Below, piece by piece: positions 26,336-38,739 of a stretch of DNA of 64,000 bases. Within the stretch, counting starts at the first letter, position 1, and each line of letters starts with the position of its first letter. The position numbers were made by a program, and so were the translations under genes. The stretch is from the NCBI GenBank assembly GCA_951406725.2, contig OX597817.1, positions 94,798,001-94,862,000 of the forward strand, given 5' to 3'. A model generated the notes under the pieces. That model searched no databases, was not told the origin of the DNA, and worked only from the letters and a program-made list of their open reading frames with translations. The stretch comes from Octopus vulgaris (taxonomy: Eukaryota).

Positions 26336-27092
26336 AGGAGTGGCAATGTGGTAAGTAACTTGCTTACCAACCACATGGTTCCGGGTTCAGTCCCACTGCG
26401 TGGCGCCTTGGGCTAATGTCTTCTACTGTAGCTTCGGGCCGACCAAAGCCTTGAGTGGATTTGGTAGACGGAAACTGAAAGAAGCCCGTCGTATATATAT
26501 ATATATGATTATAGCAGCGACTCCATCTCAGAATATCTGAAGAAGTAATATTATTCCTTAGTGGTTAGCCATATTGAGATGGCAAACATACCTCACATTG
26601 TCGTGCAGTTACTGTTTATACCTCGTTCAGAGATTTATTATTGCCTGCATACAGTTTTTCGAGATCAATGACGAAAAGTTACTGGAAAACTATATAAGTA
26701 TTTGCATTGGGACCCCTTTCATCGAAAACCGGTGATTGTCGTACGCTGATGACAGGTCAATACCTAGAAACTGCAGTACGTGCGTATCACTTAGGTTGAC
26801 GAGGGAAGGATGACCTCCCTTTGCAAATACCGATAGGACACAGAAAATGTGTCAATAGCCAGCTGGAGACGATGTTCTCCTGGAGCTACAAGCTATAGTA
26901 ACACCCACCCTTAGTGGTTAGCCATATTGAGATGGCAAACATACCTGACATAATATTATTCCGAAATATCATATCAGACTATGGATGACTACATTACATC
27001 AGGTATATAGCGTATTATCTGTATTATAGTGCATTGTTGTACCATTCAAAACTTTTTATATGTATGTATGTATGTATGTATCTGTGTCTGTG

Positions 27093-27133
<41 letters not shown>

Positions 27134-27330
27134 TTGCCCCCCCCCTCCCCATCACCATCGCTTGACAACCGATGCTGGTGTGTTTATGTCCCCGTATATT
27201 AACGGTTCGGTAAAAGAGACCGATAGAATAAGTACTAGGCTTACAAAGAATAGATCCTGGGGTTGATTTGTTCGACTAAAATATGCTGTTCCAGCATGCT
27301 CGCAGTCAAATGACTGAAAGAAATAAAAAA
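26336..27330 (+). mobile_element. SINE family B split by an insertion (26506-27058) in its internal microsatellite
   Basis: tRNA-like head aggagtggcaatgtggtaag...ggttcagtccc (26336-26505) and tail cttgacaaccgatgctgg...tgactgaaa (27060-27330). Confidence 0.85.
26732..26790 (+). ncRNA. Canonical minimal type-I hammerhead ribozyme
   Basis: cgtacg-CTGATGA-c-AGGT-caat-ACCT-a-GAAAC-TGCA-GTA-cgtgcg; stem I extended by gtgat/atcac; predicted cut after A26778. Confidence 0.85.
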
Positions 27331-27656
27331 TATATATATATCCGAGTTTGTATGATTGTTTATTGAAGAATTATATCAATCAATGAATTTTCAATTTAGT
27401 TTTTACAATATTGAAATAAACTAGTACTTTCATGCCTTAAGCAACCACTTACGTAGTGGTAGTTGTATTCCACAAATGACAACCATAGTGAAATGGTTCG
27501 ATTTATCATTTAAATACCCTCACCAAAGAGTGACATCTAAGCCACATGGTAAATTGATCAAAATACACTTCGTAAGATTCAGCCTGCTGAGCCCATCAGA
27601 AGCTATTTAAAATAGCAAATGATAAAATATGAAAGTCAGACTAAGTTGGAATTTCC

Positions 27657-27703
<47 letters not shown>

Positions 27704-27731
27704 CCTATCTATCTATCTATCTATCTTTCTA

Positions 27732-27812
<81 letters not shown>

Positions 27813-27991
27813 AAAAATTATGGGTTATATACATTTGTTATCTATTAAAGGCTTGCAGCTGTTTTGGATTTGCGTTTGGGTGCGTTCATGGTGCAATCGT
27901 ATCAATAAATAGATTGATCGACTGAAAATACAGGGAAAAACCAACCATAGCTATCTTTTTCAATGTCAAAACAGACATATATACATACATT

Positions 27992-28049
<58 letters not shown>

Positions 28050-28124
28050 AAAGGTCAAGTATAGAGAGAAAGAAGCAGGCAGACAGATGAACAGATAGGT
28101 ACAAAGATGTATTTTTATATCGTT

Positions 28125-28346
28125 TATCTTTTACTTGTTTCATTCATTAGATTGCAGCCAAACTGGGGCAGCGCCTTGAGGAATTTTTTAAAGCCGGTTA
28201 CTTATTCTATCGGTCTGTTTTGCCGAACTGCTAAGTTACGGGGACGTAAACACACTAACACCGGATGTCAAGCGGTGGTGGGAGACATATACAGACACAA
28301 AGCCTCAAAGACACACACACACATACACACACACATATATATATAC

Positions 28347-28400
<54 letters not shown>

Positions 28401-28664
28401 TCTGCCCATGAGTTATGATCTCCTACTACCATGTTTTTATTGATGAAATTCACCTCTCTGTCTATATACCTACCCGCTTTGTAATGTTGACAAATGGAAT
28501 AAGTATAAAAATGAACATTGTCAATTTAATTTTAAAAATTCCATATGTGGCTGAAGAGTGCTCTACATTTTAAAACTGATGGAATACTTACATTATTTAA
28601 TTAAATGAAGTAGCATGAAACGATTTTACTACACTACCTTTGGATATCCTTGTTGCTTATTTTG

Positions 28665-28733
<69 letters not shown>

Positions 28734-28880
28734 CGTGTTTCTTTCAGTTTCCATCTCACAAAGCTTTGGTCATCCCGAGGCAATAGAAGAAAACACATGC
28801 CCAAGGTGCCACGCAGTGGGACTGAAGCCGGAACCATGTGGTTGGGAAGCAAGATTCCTACCACAGAGCCGCGCCTGCGC
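28125..28880 (-). mobile_element. SINE family B split by insertion 28397-28665
   Basis: Tail 28125-28330, head 28730-28880; insertion lies in the internal microsatellite. Confidence 0.75.
28546..28633 (+). ncRNA. Hammerhead fold, stem III degenerate
   Basis: tgtgg-CTGAAGA-g-tgct...agca-t-GAAACgattt-TA-ctaca. Confidence 0.55.
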
Positions 28881-29759
28881 CTCTGGAAAAAGGTTATTTA
28901 TATTATTTATGTACGTATGTATTCTACGGGGTCTTTCCACAGTTTCCATCTAGTAAAAGCCAGACCAGACACGGGATAGTTGTTGCGATACGGTGGAGAG
29001 GGGAACAGGAGAAATGGGGATGGGTGCCTCAGGTGTGTTTGAATGCACCTGGGTATTGATATAGAACAGGTGCACTCGCGTTAGAATAAAGTTTTGAGAA
29101 AGTACATGCCTGTGAACAGAGGTTGTAGTGTGCTTTGACAGAAACACTTTATATTAATAAAGTCCATGTAATTATCGATATAAGTCATAAGTACAGCTAT
29201 AAACAGCTGGAACACTGTGTATTACTAAATTAAACCGACATTAAGAACCACTTACTAGAGACATTTAACCTTACATTTTCGATCGAAATAGTAAACCATC
29301 CTTTTAAAAAACATCATCATCATTATCATAAATAATACCAGCAGCCACCAACATGCACCACAACTACTACCACCACCACTACCAGCGGCTACCGAGATAA
29401 GCCTATACCCTCCACCCACTCATGACCACTATCCAAAACAATCTCTCCTAACGGAAAACTTGCCAAAGCTCATTAGTTCCCATACGAAAACCGTCTCATA
29501 CTCATTTGCTATCTGTGTGTCACAACTGTGTGATAATGAATTCAGTAAGAGATAAAAGTGAATGAAGATGTTTGTTGACAACTTTTTAGGCGCTAGTTCT
29601 CTCCCCCTTGGTGGGGTAAACACCCGTGCCGTTGACTGCTTCTAAGCGCTCACACCCAGCGTTTGGACAGCTACTCACTACATCCCCTTTCTTCTGACCT
29701 AACCCTCTATCATCTTGTCCCTATAACACACTATCATCTGCCTTTCTCTCCGCTTACAA

Positions 29760-30200
29760 GCTTCTCTCTTCCACCCAACAAATAAGCTGGCCTTTGGGTC
29801 TTATTCTCATTCCCTACACCACTTGTTAGTAAATCACCAGGAGAAACAATTAAGCGTGAGCAAAAGTTCAACTAGACAAAGGAGAGTGGAAGTACTAGGA
29901 CGGAAGAGGGCACTTAAGTCGAGGAAGTGTTTGATAGTATGGAGTCACTCATTGTGAGAGATAACGGTGTAGAGGGTTGATGCCCATAGTTAAAATGAGG
30001 CAAGAGGATCCAGGGGAAAAAGAGAAGTTATAGAGACGAGGCATAAAGTTATTGTGCATGTGAAAAGGGAGAGCAGCAACCAGTAAAGATAGGAGGATGC
30101 CAAGGTAGGTGGAGATGAGTTTAGTGCGACAATTATAAACAGAGACGATCAGACGATCAGAGTTTTCGGGTTTATGGATCATGGATCTAGGACAACGAAA
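29760..30200 (-). pseudogene. PLE reverse transcriptase fragment
   Basis: IHKPENSDRLIVSVYNCRTKLISTYL...CLILTMGI / LYTVISHNE...STSTLLCLVELLLTLNCF. Confidence 0.7.
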
Positions 30201-30218
30201 CTCTCTCATACATGTACA

Positions 30219-30268
<50 letters not shown>

Positions 30269-30326
30269 TGTGTGTGTCTGTGAGTGCGTGTGTAGTGTGT
30301 GGAGTGGGGATGAGCCTATCCAAGTT

Positions 30327-30620
30327 GAGTCGCATGGTTTAATGGTTAGTTTTGGACTTGCGATCATGAGGTCATGAGTTTAATTCGTAGACGGTGGGGT
30401 GAGTTGTGCCCTTGCGCTAGGGGCTTCACTTCACCTATTCAGCAGAGTACCATCTCACTGTCATTACAGTCATTTCTCCAACCAGCTGTCATATTTCCGA
30501 CATTCTGCTGAAATATCGAACATATGTCAGCTGGAGCAAGAAAGAACTGCAAAGGTACCTATTCGCGACCATATTGGTATCTAAAGCATTAATGAAAGTA
30601 TGGTACATGCTACCAGGTCA
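30327..30620 (+). mobile_element. Old tRNA-derived SINE
   Basis: gcatggtttaatggttag (A-box-like), gagtttaattc (B-box-like), gttgtgcccttg core. Confidence 0.45.
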
Positions 30621-31227
30621 TACTCAGTGGCGAGTGACAGCTATGGTTTATCTATGCGTGTATGTGTATGTGGGTGGGTGTGTGTGTACGTGTATGTATA
30701 TAAATATATACAAGTTCATATATAAATATATATAGATGTGTGTGTGTGAGCGCGTGTGTGTGCGCGCGCGCAAGGCGAAATAAACAGTTTCAATAAATTT
30801 TAATATAAATATACTTCCAAGTACTAAATTTTTATTCAATTTCCGTGTTGTGTTGACATATAACCGTTGAGTTAGAATCCCTAAGTTCTATTGCATTCCG
30901 AAACATATGCCTGGAAAAAAAATTCGTATTTTAGCGGAAGTTCATGCTTTGGTTTTGCATCTTTACACGTGTTACAGTGGCAATCACACAATGATCATGT
31001 AAGATTAACCTTACACTATATTCAACAAATGTCATCTCGTGAAAAGTTGGTATGAGAAATTAACAAACATGTTCAGTATCACTAAATATTCATAGTACTC
31101 GGGAAATTTGAGAGACGGGTACACATTTGCGATGTAATTCGTTATTTTCAGATGTACCTATATATGGATGTATGTACGTGTATGTGTGTATGTGACAGTA
31201 CTTATGTGTGTGTGTATATATATATAA

Positions 31228-32899
31228 CATGAATTAGAGATAAAACCACTATTAGGCAACTCAAATAGTGATAGACATAAACCAATACATAAATAACAAA
31301 TAATATAAATATAATTAATATAATATATAATAAATAATATATATATATACAGTAATTGGTAGTTATATAAATTATTTAATTTATAGAGTATTGAGTATAA
31401 TTTATTGTAGTTATTTTTAATTATAAATTTTATAGTTTATAGTGATTTTATTCTCTAATAGTGACTTTGTTCTCTTTATCTATTATAGCTAAAATACAGC
31501 CGTATTTTCCATTAAATAATTTTATTCATAATTTCCATTGATAAAATATATTCGTAGTTTTCATTGTTAAAATAATTTTCCATCTGTTTATTCTATTTCT
31601 GTTAATAACGTAATTCCACGAGTATTCTTAAAAACGCTTAAAAGACGTTTTCCGTTTTAAAATTTTATTTAATGACACGATATTTGAAAGCTAAGTAAAC
31701 CTTTTCTATTTAAGATTTTTAAAGATATTTTAATAAGTTTTATTGTATTATATTGTATACTATATAACTACTGATTGTTAATTTGATTCTATAATTATTT
31801 AGTTGTTGATATGTATTTAATTATTAGATTATAACTGTACGTTATTTGTAAGATATTACTTAGCCAAAGAGATATATAGATCGTAAAATAGTTATACGGT
31901 TCTTTTAAGATAGGTTATACATTTATAATTTGATTTTTAACCGTTAATTTTTTAATGTATTTCATAAATATATTATATTAATATTTAATATTTATGTAAG
32001 TAATAATGGACTAATTAAGTTATTTATTTTTCATTATATGTCTATATATTTATTGATAGCGTAAATTTTAGATTTTAATAACTATATTTGTTAATAATAA
32101 TTTAGTTATTATTTTTAAATATTTTATAATTATTAGATGTGAACTTAAATCTAAAAATATGAATAGTGATTATTTAGTTAAATAATTTGGTAATAAAATA
32201 TTGGACTATAACTGAGTTAAAGATATTCGTGAGTTTATTATGTTTTTTTTAAACCATATTATATCTTCATAGATAAATACATAGCTATTTTTTTACCTTA
32301 AAAATAAATATTTATCATAATAAATGGGTTGTATGGCATAATCCTAATGTTTTAAGTTTCTAATTTAGATAATGGATTTTTTTATAAGAAAAGTTATTAT
32401 TTTATTTATTTCTTAAAAAATATTGTTTAACTCTATTTGCTTATTTATTTAACTATTATCATTAACCTGAAGATTGACTATAATTTTAATTCGAATTTTC
32501 AATTGAATTTAATTGTAATTCGAATTTAATTATAGCCATGAAACGTACGTAGTGTTTTTACTTATTATATTATATTTATCATTCTTTTTATACTTTTTGG
32601 TTAAAAAATATATATATAAATTTTATATTTTATATCCTTAAATCCTTAAAAGTGTTTTAGCCCAAAGACCGCGGCCATGCTGGGGCACCACCGCTGTCAT
32701 ATATAATATATATATTATTTATAATATATTATATTAATTATATTTATATTATTTGTTATTTATGTATTGGTTTATGTCTATCACTGTTTGAGTTGCCTAA
32801 TAGTGGTTTTATCTCTAATTCATATTTATATATTTATACTGTGAAATTTGATTTAATCCTAAATCTAATTTTTCCCTGTAAGCTTGGAGCCATACTCCC

Positions 32900-32910
<11 letters not shown>
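31228..32910 (+). mobile_element. Extremely AT-rich non-coding element with ~105-bp inverted terminal duplication and a hammerhead
   Basis: 31230-31335 inverted at ~32715-32823; tail shared with 20560-20645; HHR at 32461-32558. Confidence 0.7.
32461..32558 (+). ncRNA. Hammerhead with long AU stem II
   Basis: CTGAAGA(32467)-t-tgactataatt...aattatagcca-t-GAAAC-GTAC-GTA; stem I weak. Confidence 0.65.
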
Positions 32911-32938
<28 letters not shown>

Positions 32939-32989
32939 TAATAAATAAAATATATGCATACATACATATATGCATACATACATACATAT

Positions 32990-33182
32990 AGAGGCGACAA
33001 ACAAAGACAGACAAAGGGATTAAGTCGGTTACATCGACCCCAGTACGTAACTGGTATTTATTTAATCGACACCGAAAGAATGAAAGGCAAAGTTGACTTC
33101 GGCGGAATTTGAACTCACAACGTAACGGCAGCCAAAATACCGCTAAGCATTTCGCCCGGCGTGCTAACTATTCTGCCAGCTT
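32990..33182 (-). mobile_element. SINE family A
   Basis: Reverse complement of 52020-52245. Confidence 0.85.
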
Positions 33183-33189
33183 CCCTGTG

Positions 33190-33241
<52 letters not shown>

Positions 33242-33262
33242 TGTGTGTGTTTGTGTATGTAT

Positions 33263-33429
<167 letters not shown>

Positions 33430-33467
33430 TAGATATATAGATATATAGATATATGTATATATGTGTG

Positions 33468-33510
<43 letters not shown>

Positions 33511-33930
33511 TATCTTTGACCAGACTAATACACTCCCTATTTCTAGGTTATTTTAAACACAAATATTTCACTCTGCAACACTGTATATAAATTTCTTGCT
33601 GGGAATGACCAGGTTTAAAAATCTGATGGATCTCAATCATAAGGAATGTTAAATTGTTTATTAAACTCTGTTGGACGTTTGGATTTTACTCAAAGAATAT
33701 TGGAATATTGCATATATACCATTATGCCTATAAAACGGATTTACAACTTCAATACCCATACATATCTTGCATCTATTTTCTTTCTTCCACCTCACTCTCT
33801 ATTTTATATCAAATCTAAACTATGACTTAACTTTCCTCTCACGCCGTCTCCGATGAAGGGATATTATTTATTAATATCTTAGAAACAGCTGTAAGGCCTT
33901 CTATTTATAAATGCTCTAATATCTATACAA
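33511..33930 (+). repeat. HHR-bearing pLTR-like repeat, copy 1
   Basis: Starts tctttgaccagactaatacac; direct repeat of 37469-37915. Confidence 0.9.
33846..33897 (+). ncRNA. Minimal hammerhead (CCGATGA core)
   Basis: gtct-CCGATGA-a-gggatatta...taatatctt-a-GAAAC-AGCT-GTA-aggc. Confidence 0.75.
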
Positions 33931-34036
33931 TATATATATATATATGTATATATATATGTATGTATATATATTTATATATATATATGTATTATGTATATAT
34001 ATATATATACAGATATACATATATATATACAAATAC

Positions 34037-34100
<64 letters not shown>

Positions 34101-34159
34101 TAGATACAAATACATATATATATACATATATATATACATATACATATATATATACATAT

Positions 34160-34245
<86 letters not shown>

Positions 34246-34249
34246 TAAA

Positions 34250-35090
34250 TGAAAGAATGGAGTCGGACGAAGATGTTAACAAAATTCCTTTACTCTCGAC
34301 ACATGTTTCGAAGACAGCATGTTTTCATTCCAAAGGAATAAAGGTTGCATTATGCAATCTTCTCATCAGGAAAGAAAGGGACCCTCTCTCGACAACAAGA
34401 CAAACAAAAATGTCGATGATTGCCTACATGGTAAACAAAGCGATAATGAGTGTTTTTTTTAAAATACCGTTAGAAGAATTGACGTCAAAAATAGATAGTA
34501 GGAAGAGAAGGGATAAAGTAATAATAGGTAGGGAACAAGTGGAGAGGGAAGGGTACGTTGATTGAAAGAATGTTCGAAGGCTTAGGAAAGAATTTCTCTA
34601 TAGAAGTAGGGTGGACGTAAAGCTAATTTTCAAACCACAGTGACTATCGTTATCATTTATATGAGTAGAAAGTGTGTTTCTGCCAGTGTTTACATTTGTA
34701 TGATTTTTCTATGAGTGTGTTTACTAGGGGAACCTTAGAGAAAAGAATATGGAAGAGTTCAGAGTTACAAATGTTACAAAATCTCCTGCCCTTATCAAAA
34801 GGAAAAGATACAGACAGTATGAACCAATCTAACTTGAAAATTATATTGTTGTCTTTAAGACGCCAAACTTACTTAGCCTTGTACTATGTCGTTTTTTACT
34901 ATCCCTGAATCTTGAATAGTGGTTTGAAATTCTCTTGGATAACTGGGAAGTAGACGCTCCTATATAGAAGAAGACATCGGTACCGGAAGAAATTCTACAC
35001 TGGTAAATAGAATTCTTAATCTTAGAATTACTAGACAAAAATTTAATTCTGTTGGGGTTGTCCTCCGAGATCGAAACGAAGTTTTTATTG
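34250..35090 (-). mobile_element. 3' end of a PLE (GIY-YIG fragment + 3' UTR with HHR)
   Basis: KIKNSIYQCRIS..FFYIGASTSQLSKRISNHYSRF..HSTRLSKF; ends in (TA)n. Confidence 0.8.
34293..34374 (-). ncRNA. Canonical minimal hammerhead ribozyme
   Basis: ctttc-CTGATGA-gaaga...tcttc-GAAAC-ATGT-GTC-gagag. Confidence 0.85.
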
Positions 35091-35169
35091 TTATGATTGT
35101 TGTTACTATTATTGTTAGCGCTAACAACTACACTATTTCTATTATTATTAGTATTATTAATGGTATTAC

Positions 35170-36529
35170 AACCAGTAACAAACCCTGAGAACAACAATCA
35201 GGTGAGGGAAATGATTGCATATGCAATAGGGACCAGCGTAGAAACCACCTTGAAAAACCACATAGTAAAGTTATATAAAAAAACTATACATGCAGGTTCA
35301 AGGTGCAGCCATTAGTATAAGTTTGGCTGGAGATGTGGCTGGCGTCTTCATGACATGGTGGGACAGAAAATTTAAACAAATGTTAGCAGAACAGGTCACA
35401 ACTCTTCTACTCTACAGTAGATATGTAGATGACATAAACATAATAGTTAGAACCAACTCTAGTGACGGTAATGTAGAGACTGAGAAGAACGTAATGGAGA
35501 GCATCCAGCAAATAGCTAACTCCATTCACCAAAGTATCAAGGTAGCTATAGATTACGCCCACTAAGCACCCCAACAATAGACTCCCTGTACTTGATACTG
35601 AACTTTGGTTAGAGACTGTGAACAATAGAGTGCAGCTCCTCCACTCTTATTACATGAAACCTGTAACTTCAAAATATGTTGTTCACAAGAACTCAGCTTT
35701 GTCAACAACATGAAAATTGACATACTAATAGCAAACCTAGTTAGAATAATGAACAATGTGTCCCCACTATGCGAACCTTATGAAATGAAGAAATATATAT
35801 AGAACTTCATACACCACATGCAGTTCTCTGGATATGATCAGAAAGATAGGGTTTGTGTATACAGGGGGGCTAGAAAAAAATTAGATAACATTATACGTAA
35901 TGATTACCAGTGGTACCTGCCCTAGATATAGAAACAAAGAATGGAATAGAATACAAAGAGCTTGTGACAAAGCAAACAAGGCGAACACGTGGTATAAAAC
36001 CGACAAATATCAAGGAGTGATGTTTGTAGAGGCCACAGCACATGGCGAACTAGCCCGTAGATTTAGAAAAGCTCTGAAGGAGACCAAACTCAACATTAAA
36101 ATTGTTGAAAAGCCAGGGAACTCCGTCAGATCACAACTATGAAGGACATACCCGTTTAAGAATACCATATGCACCAATGATAACTGCATGGTATGTAGAA
36201 TTAGCCCTAGTATTAACTGTAGAACTCGAAATGTAGTTTACAGTATAAGATGCATAGAAGGTGCTTGTAAGGACATGAACATGATGTACATAGGGGAGAC
36301 GTCTAGGAGCATTGCGGAACGGATAAATGAACATCTAAGACAATATGACGACAGAAGACAGTCCTCCATACTCTTCCAACATGCCAAAGACCACCATGGA
36401 GGTAACTTGGGTCAACTTGACATCCGCATCTTATCCAAGCACCAAAAAGACCCAACACTTAGACAAATACGGGAGTACGTCATTATAAATGAAACTTCCC
36501 CAATATTAAATAGGAAATATACACAATAA
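35170..36529 (+). pseudogene. PLE RT (C-terminal half) + Zn-linker + GIY-YIG, 5'-truncated
   Basis: QGAAISISLAGDVAGVFM, YSRYVDDI, LPVLDTELW, ICTNDNCMVC, NVVYSIRC..MYIGETSRSIAERINEH. Confidence 0.88.
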
Positions 36530-36809
36530 ATACCATACATCAATACCCAGTTTACACAGATAGAGTAGAATAGTTAGTGGACTGTTATGTATGTGGGTGT
36601 GAGTGTGGGTGTATGCCCTTTTTTTAATCATTATTATTTTTTGTTTGTTTTTTGGGGTTTTTTTAATATTTTTAATATTTCTTATTTTTTATATTTTATT
36701 TTATTTTTTATTTTTTTATATTTTTTTATTATTATTATATTTTTTATTTTATTTTTTATTTTCTTTATTTCTTTATTTATTTTTTAATTTATATATGTAA
36801 GCATTTGGA

Positions 36810-37450
36810 TATGTAAATAAACAGATCAATATACAGACGGATAGGTACATAGATTACAAGAACAGACACATATGGAGACACGGATCCACACATATAAAGA
36901 TGCACATCCATACATACAAACATGGTACATAGTTACATAACACACACACAGATATGCACACACAAGGAAACAGAGGTACATACATATACAAACACATGCT
37001 CACACACACATGCACACACACATGCATAGAAAATACACAAACACGGACAGGCAAGCACATAGATATGCAGGATACGTACATACAGATGCACACACATACA
37101 TACATATGCATACACACACATATATACATACATACACATGCAAACACACACACACACATACATACTACATGCATGCATGTATAGGCACACACACACACAC
37201 TGACCCACACACATGCGCACAAACAAACAAAAGGGAACGCAGTGTAAATAACGGACAGAGTCAAGACTATTGAAAAGGTTGCAAGACGCAACGAAAATTT
37301 TTGAAAATAAAAATAAGAAATAAGTGGAAACTTTACCGGTGAGAGTGTTAAATTATAACGCACTAGAAGAGAATGACTCTCCCCAGACACAACAGAATAT
37401 GCTTCAACACACGAACTCATATAAAGAATCTTGCAAACCAAATCCAAAAA
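36810..37450 (+). repeat. CA-rich non-coding repeat with variant hammerhead (family of 61461-64000)
   Basis: ggttgcaagacgcaacgaaaattt...gagaatgactctccccagacacaacagaatatgcttcaacacacg shared with ~62170-62760. Confidence 0.8.
37267..37303 (+). ncRNA. Variant hammerhead fold (U3-A8 core, TTGAAAA)
   Basis: cta-TTGAAAA-g-GTTGC-aagac-GCAAC-GAAA-ATTT-ttg; sibling copies give tgg/tag as the stem I partner. Confidence 0.5.
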
Positions 37451-37468
37451 CGAAATATATATATATAT

Positions 37469-37915
37469 ATCTTTGACCAGACTAATACACTCCCTATTTC
37501 TAGGTCATTTTAAACACAAATATTTGACTCTGCAACACTGTATATAAATTTCCTACTGGGAATGACCAAGTTTAAAAATCTGTTGGATCTCAATCATAAG
37601 GGAAATCTTAAATTGCTTATTATTGGACTTTTGCATTTTACTCAAATATACAAATATTGCAAATATACCATTACGCCGATAAAACGGATTTACAACTTCA
37701 ATACCCATACATATCTTGCATCTATTTTCTTTCCTCCACCTCACTCTCTATTTTGTATCACATGTAAACTAACTAAGACTTAACTTTCCCCTCACACCGT
37801 CTCCGATGAAGGGATATTATTAATTAATATCCGAGAAACAGCCGTAAGACCTTCTATCTATAAATGCTCTAATATCTATACAGCCTTGGTTTTTTATCTT
37901 ATTACGCAAAAAACT
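37469..37915 (+). repeat. HHR-bearing pLTR-like repeat, copy 2 (HHR 37799-37850)
   Basis: gtct-CCGATGA-a-gggatatt...aatatccg-a-GAAAC-AGCC-GTA-agac. Confidence 0.9.
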
Positions 37916-37969
<54 letters not shown>

Positions 37970-38573
37970 CAATAATTTGCTGAACCCTAATTATAATTAT
38001 GCTTATAGTTATAGTTATAGAATGTTTGTATAAGATTACCGATAATTATTCTTTTTGCATACCGAACTACTTGGTAAAATTATTGATTTATTAATGATTA
38101 ATATATTTTACCCTTTATTATCATTGATAACATAATTCACTCCCTGATAGTAAACTGCAGTTTCTGCGGAGTTACTCGTGCCACACGTGTGTGATGGAGA
38201 AAGAAAGCGATATCTCATTCGTCTGTTTCAATTCGGAAGTACTGGCTCTTGGATATATGCTGCTCGATGTCGCTTAGTCGAATACGTATATTAATTATCA
38301 ATGCTCTAACATTGAAATACAAAACTGATGACGGGAATAAGTGAGTAGAAATATGATTTTACATCTTTTACATCTCTTTAACACAGAAACGCGTATATAG
38401 TTAATCAAAGTCGGGTGGATTCGTTATTTTTTTCTCTTTACCTGCGTGAGTTGAGAGTATTACTGTTTGGGAGATATCTTATGGTAGTGGAATAGAATTT
38501 AACTGCTATTTCTAAATTTTGGTATTTAGTGATGTAGTGAAGCAATTTTTGATGAACTCTAATTATAATTATG

Positions 38574-38633
<60 letters not shown>

Positions 38634-38739
38634 GGACTCTCCCGTCGTTAGATGATGCATGAGGGTTCGACAATTTCTCGCCGAACAAACACACACGTGA
38701 TTTGTTTACAGTGATCAAATGTTTGTGTAGACACATTCT

